Shown here in pieces: positions 61,920 through 64,000 of a stretch of 64,000 bases of DNA. The position numbers and the translations under genes were made by a program. How positions within the stretch are numbered: the stretch's first letter is position 1; each line of letters opens with the position of its first letter. Origin of the DNA: Escherichia coli (GTDB taxonomy: Bacteria; Pseudomonadota; Gammaproteobacteria; Enterobacterales; Enterobacteriaceae). The notes below the pieces were generated by a model. That model had not been told where the DNA came from. It did no database searches and saw only the letters and a list, made by a program, of their open reading frames with translations. The DNA lies in the NCBI RefSeq assembly GCF_024223415.1, contig NZ_CP100500.1. One strand, given 5' to 3'.

Positions 61920-64000
61920 ATGACTCCAGTAAAAGTGTGGCAAGAGCGCGTTGAGATCCCGACCTATGAAACCGGGCCGCAGGATATACATCCCATGTTC
62001 CTGGAAAATCGCGTTTATCAGGGATCGTCCGGCGCGGTTTATCCCTACGGCGTGACCGATACGCTGAGCGAGCAGAAAACCCTGAAATCCTGGCAGGCGG
62101 TGTGGCTGGAAAACGACTACATCAAAGTGATGATCCTGCCGGAATTGGGCGGTCGGGTGCATCGCGCATGGGATAAAGTGAAACAACGCGATTTTGTCTA
62201 TCACAATGAAGTCATTAAACCTGCGCTGGTGGGGCTGCTGGGACCGTGGATCTCTGGCGGGATTGAGTTTAACTGGCCGCAACACCATCGCCCGACCACC
62301 TTTATGCCCGTTGATTTCACCCTCGAAGCCCATGAAGACGGTGCACAGACGGTGTGGGTCGGCGAAACGGAGCCGATGCATGGTTTACAGGTGATGACAG
62401 GTTTCACCCTGCGCCCTGACCGGGCGGCGCTGGAAATCGCCAGCCGCGTCTATAACGGCAACGCCACACCGCGTCATTTCTTGTGGTGGGCCAACCCGGC
62501 AGTGAAAGGGGGTGAAGGGCATCAGAGCGTTTTCCCGCCGGATGTGACTGCGGTGTTTGATCACGGCAAACGGGCCGTCTCCGCTTTCCCCATCGCCACC
62601 GGCACTTACTACAAAGTGGACTACTCCGCTGGAGTGGACATTTCTCGCTATAAAAATGTGCCTGTTCCAACCTCATATATGGCCGAAAAATCGCAGTACG
62701 ATTTTGTCGGCGCGTGGTGTCACGATGAAGATGGTGGTTTGCTGCACGTTGCCAACCACCATATTGCGCCAGGTAAAAAACAGTGGAGTTGGGGACACAG
62801 TGAATTTGGCCAGGCGTGGGATAAGAGTCTGACCGACAATAACGGCCCGTATATCGAACTGATGACCGGTATTTTTGCCGATAACCAGCCTGATTTTACC
62901 TGGCTTGATGCTTACGAAGAGAAGCGTTTCGAGCAGTATTTCCTGCCTTATCATTCTCTGGGCATGGTGCAAAATGCCTCCCGCGATGCGGTGATAAAAC
63001 TCCAGCGTAGTGAGCGGGGGATTGAGTGGGGGCTGTATGCCATCTCTCCGTTGAACGGATACCGCCTGGCGATCCGCGAAATCGGCAAATGCAACGCGTT
63101 ACTTGATGATGCCGTGGCACTGATGCCTGCGACCGCCATCCAGGGCGTGTTGCACGGTATCAATCCTGAAAGGCTGACCATTGAGCTCTCCGATGCCGAC
63201 GGCAATATTGTACTGAGTTATCAGGAACATCAGCCGCAAGAGTTGCCGTTGCCGGACGTCGCCAAAGCGCCACTGGCAGCACAAGACATTACCAGTACAG
63301 ATGAAGCCTGGTTTATCGGTCAGCATCTGGAGCAATATCATCACGCCAGCCGTTCACCGTTCGATTACTACCTGCGCGGCGTGGCGCTGGATCCGCTGGA
63401 TTACCGCTGTAACCTGGCGCTGGCGATGCTGGAGTATAACCGCGCAGATTTCCCGCAAGCGGTGGCGTATGCCACTCAGGCTCTGAAACGCGCACATGCG
63501 CTGAACAAAAATCCGCAGTGCGGACAGGCGAGTTTGATTCGCGCCAGTGCTTACGAACGTCAGGGACAATATCAACAAGCCGAAGAGGATTTCTGGCGTG
63601 CGGTCTGGAGCGGCAACAGTAAAGCCGGAGGCTATTATGGTCTGGCACGACTGGCGGCGCGTAATGGTAACTTCGACGCGGGTCTGGATTTTTGCCAACA
63701 AAGTCTTCGCGCCTGCCCAACCAATCAGGAAGTGCTTTGCCTGCATAATCTGCTGCTGGTGTTAAGTGGTCGTCAGGACAACGCGCGTTTGCAGCGCGAG
63801 AAACTGCTGCGCGATTATCCGCTGAACGCCACTCTGTGGTGGCTGAACTGGTTCGATGGTCGTAGCGAATCAGCTCTCGCGCAGTGGCGCGGTCTGTGTC
63901 AGGGACGCGACGTTAACGCCCTGATGACCGCCGGGCAACTGATTAACTGGGGAATGCCCACCCTGGCGGCAGAGATGCTGAACGCACTGGACTGCCAGCG
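61920..64000 (+). CDS. yphG: Large DUF4380/TPR-repeat protein, YphG-like; partial, continues beyond the window end
   Basis: Open frame from ATG 61920 (MTPVKVWQERVEIPTYETGP...) with no long ORFs in other frames; TPR-like C-terminal region; absent from the ORF track because it is open-ended. Confidence 0.8.
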   Translation, partial: MTPVKVWQERVEIPTYETGPQDIHPMFLENRVYQGSSGAVYPYGVTDTLSEQKTLKSWQAVWLENDYIKVMILPELGGRVHRAWDKVKQRDFVYHNEVIKPALVGLLGPWISGGIEFNWPQHHRPTTFMPVDFTLEAHEDGAQTVWVGETEPMHGLQVMTGFTLRPDRAALEIASRVYNGNATPRHFLWWANPAVKGGEGHQSVFPPDVTAVFDHGKRAVSAFPIATGTYYKVDYSAGVDISRYKNVPVPTSYMAEKSQYDFVGAWCHDEDGGLLHVANHHIAPGKKQWSWGHSEFGQAWDKSLTDNNGPYIELMTGIFADNQPDFTWLDAYEEKRFEQYFLPYHSLGMVQNASRDAVIKLQRSERGIEWGLYAISPLNGYRLAIREIGKCNALLDDAVALMPATAIQGVLHGINPERLTIELSDADGNIVLSYQEHQPQELPLPDVAKAPLAAQDITSTDEAWFIGQHLEQYHHASRSPFDYYLRGVALDPLDYRCNLALAMLEYNRADFPQAVAYATQALKRAHALNKNPQCGQASLIRASAYERQGQYQQAEEDFWRAVWSGNSKAGGYYGLARLAARNGNFDAGLDFCQQSLRACPTNQEVLCLHNLLLVLSGRQDNARLQREKLLRDYPLNATLWWLNWFDGRSESALAQWRGLCQGRDVNALMTAGQLINWGMPTLAAEMLNALDCQ

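Overview
This window holds roughly the right-hand 45 kb of a lambda-like prophage (positions 1 to about 45,000) followed by a conserved E. coli-type chromosomal block (yfhH, pgpC, tadA, mltF, purL, glmY, glrK, qseG, glrR, glnB, hmp, glyA, yphH, yphG). All calls are from reading the sequence and the supplied ORF translations against remembered protein families; no database search was run. The prophage has a lambda-like immunity region (cI-like repressor divergent from a cro-like gene), a Q antiterminator, a phage-21-type lysis cassette, a lambda-like cos site, and a near-complete lambda-like head and tail gene set from Nu1 to J. Its replication module is not lambda-like: a primase-helicase plus a leftward operon with a family-A DNA polymerase, DUF2800 nuclease and DUF2815 protein. 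The accessory loci most likely to be novel are: (1) a two-gene cassette between Rz/Rz1 and cos, flanked by ~224-bp direct repeats, encoding a ~286-aa soluble protein and a ~150-aa two-helix membrane protein; (2) a single gene with a TIR-like C-terminal domain bracketed by an exact 15-bp direct repeat; (3) a convergent gene pair inserted between holin and endolysin; (4) a small insertion between endolysin and Rz marked by a duplicated endolysin 3' end. Other morons include an Eib/YadA-like trimeric autotransporter, a Cor-like lipoprotein and a DinI-like protein. The host part looks ordinary and includes the glmY sRNA with its three TGTC-N10-GACA boxes and sigma-54 promoter.
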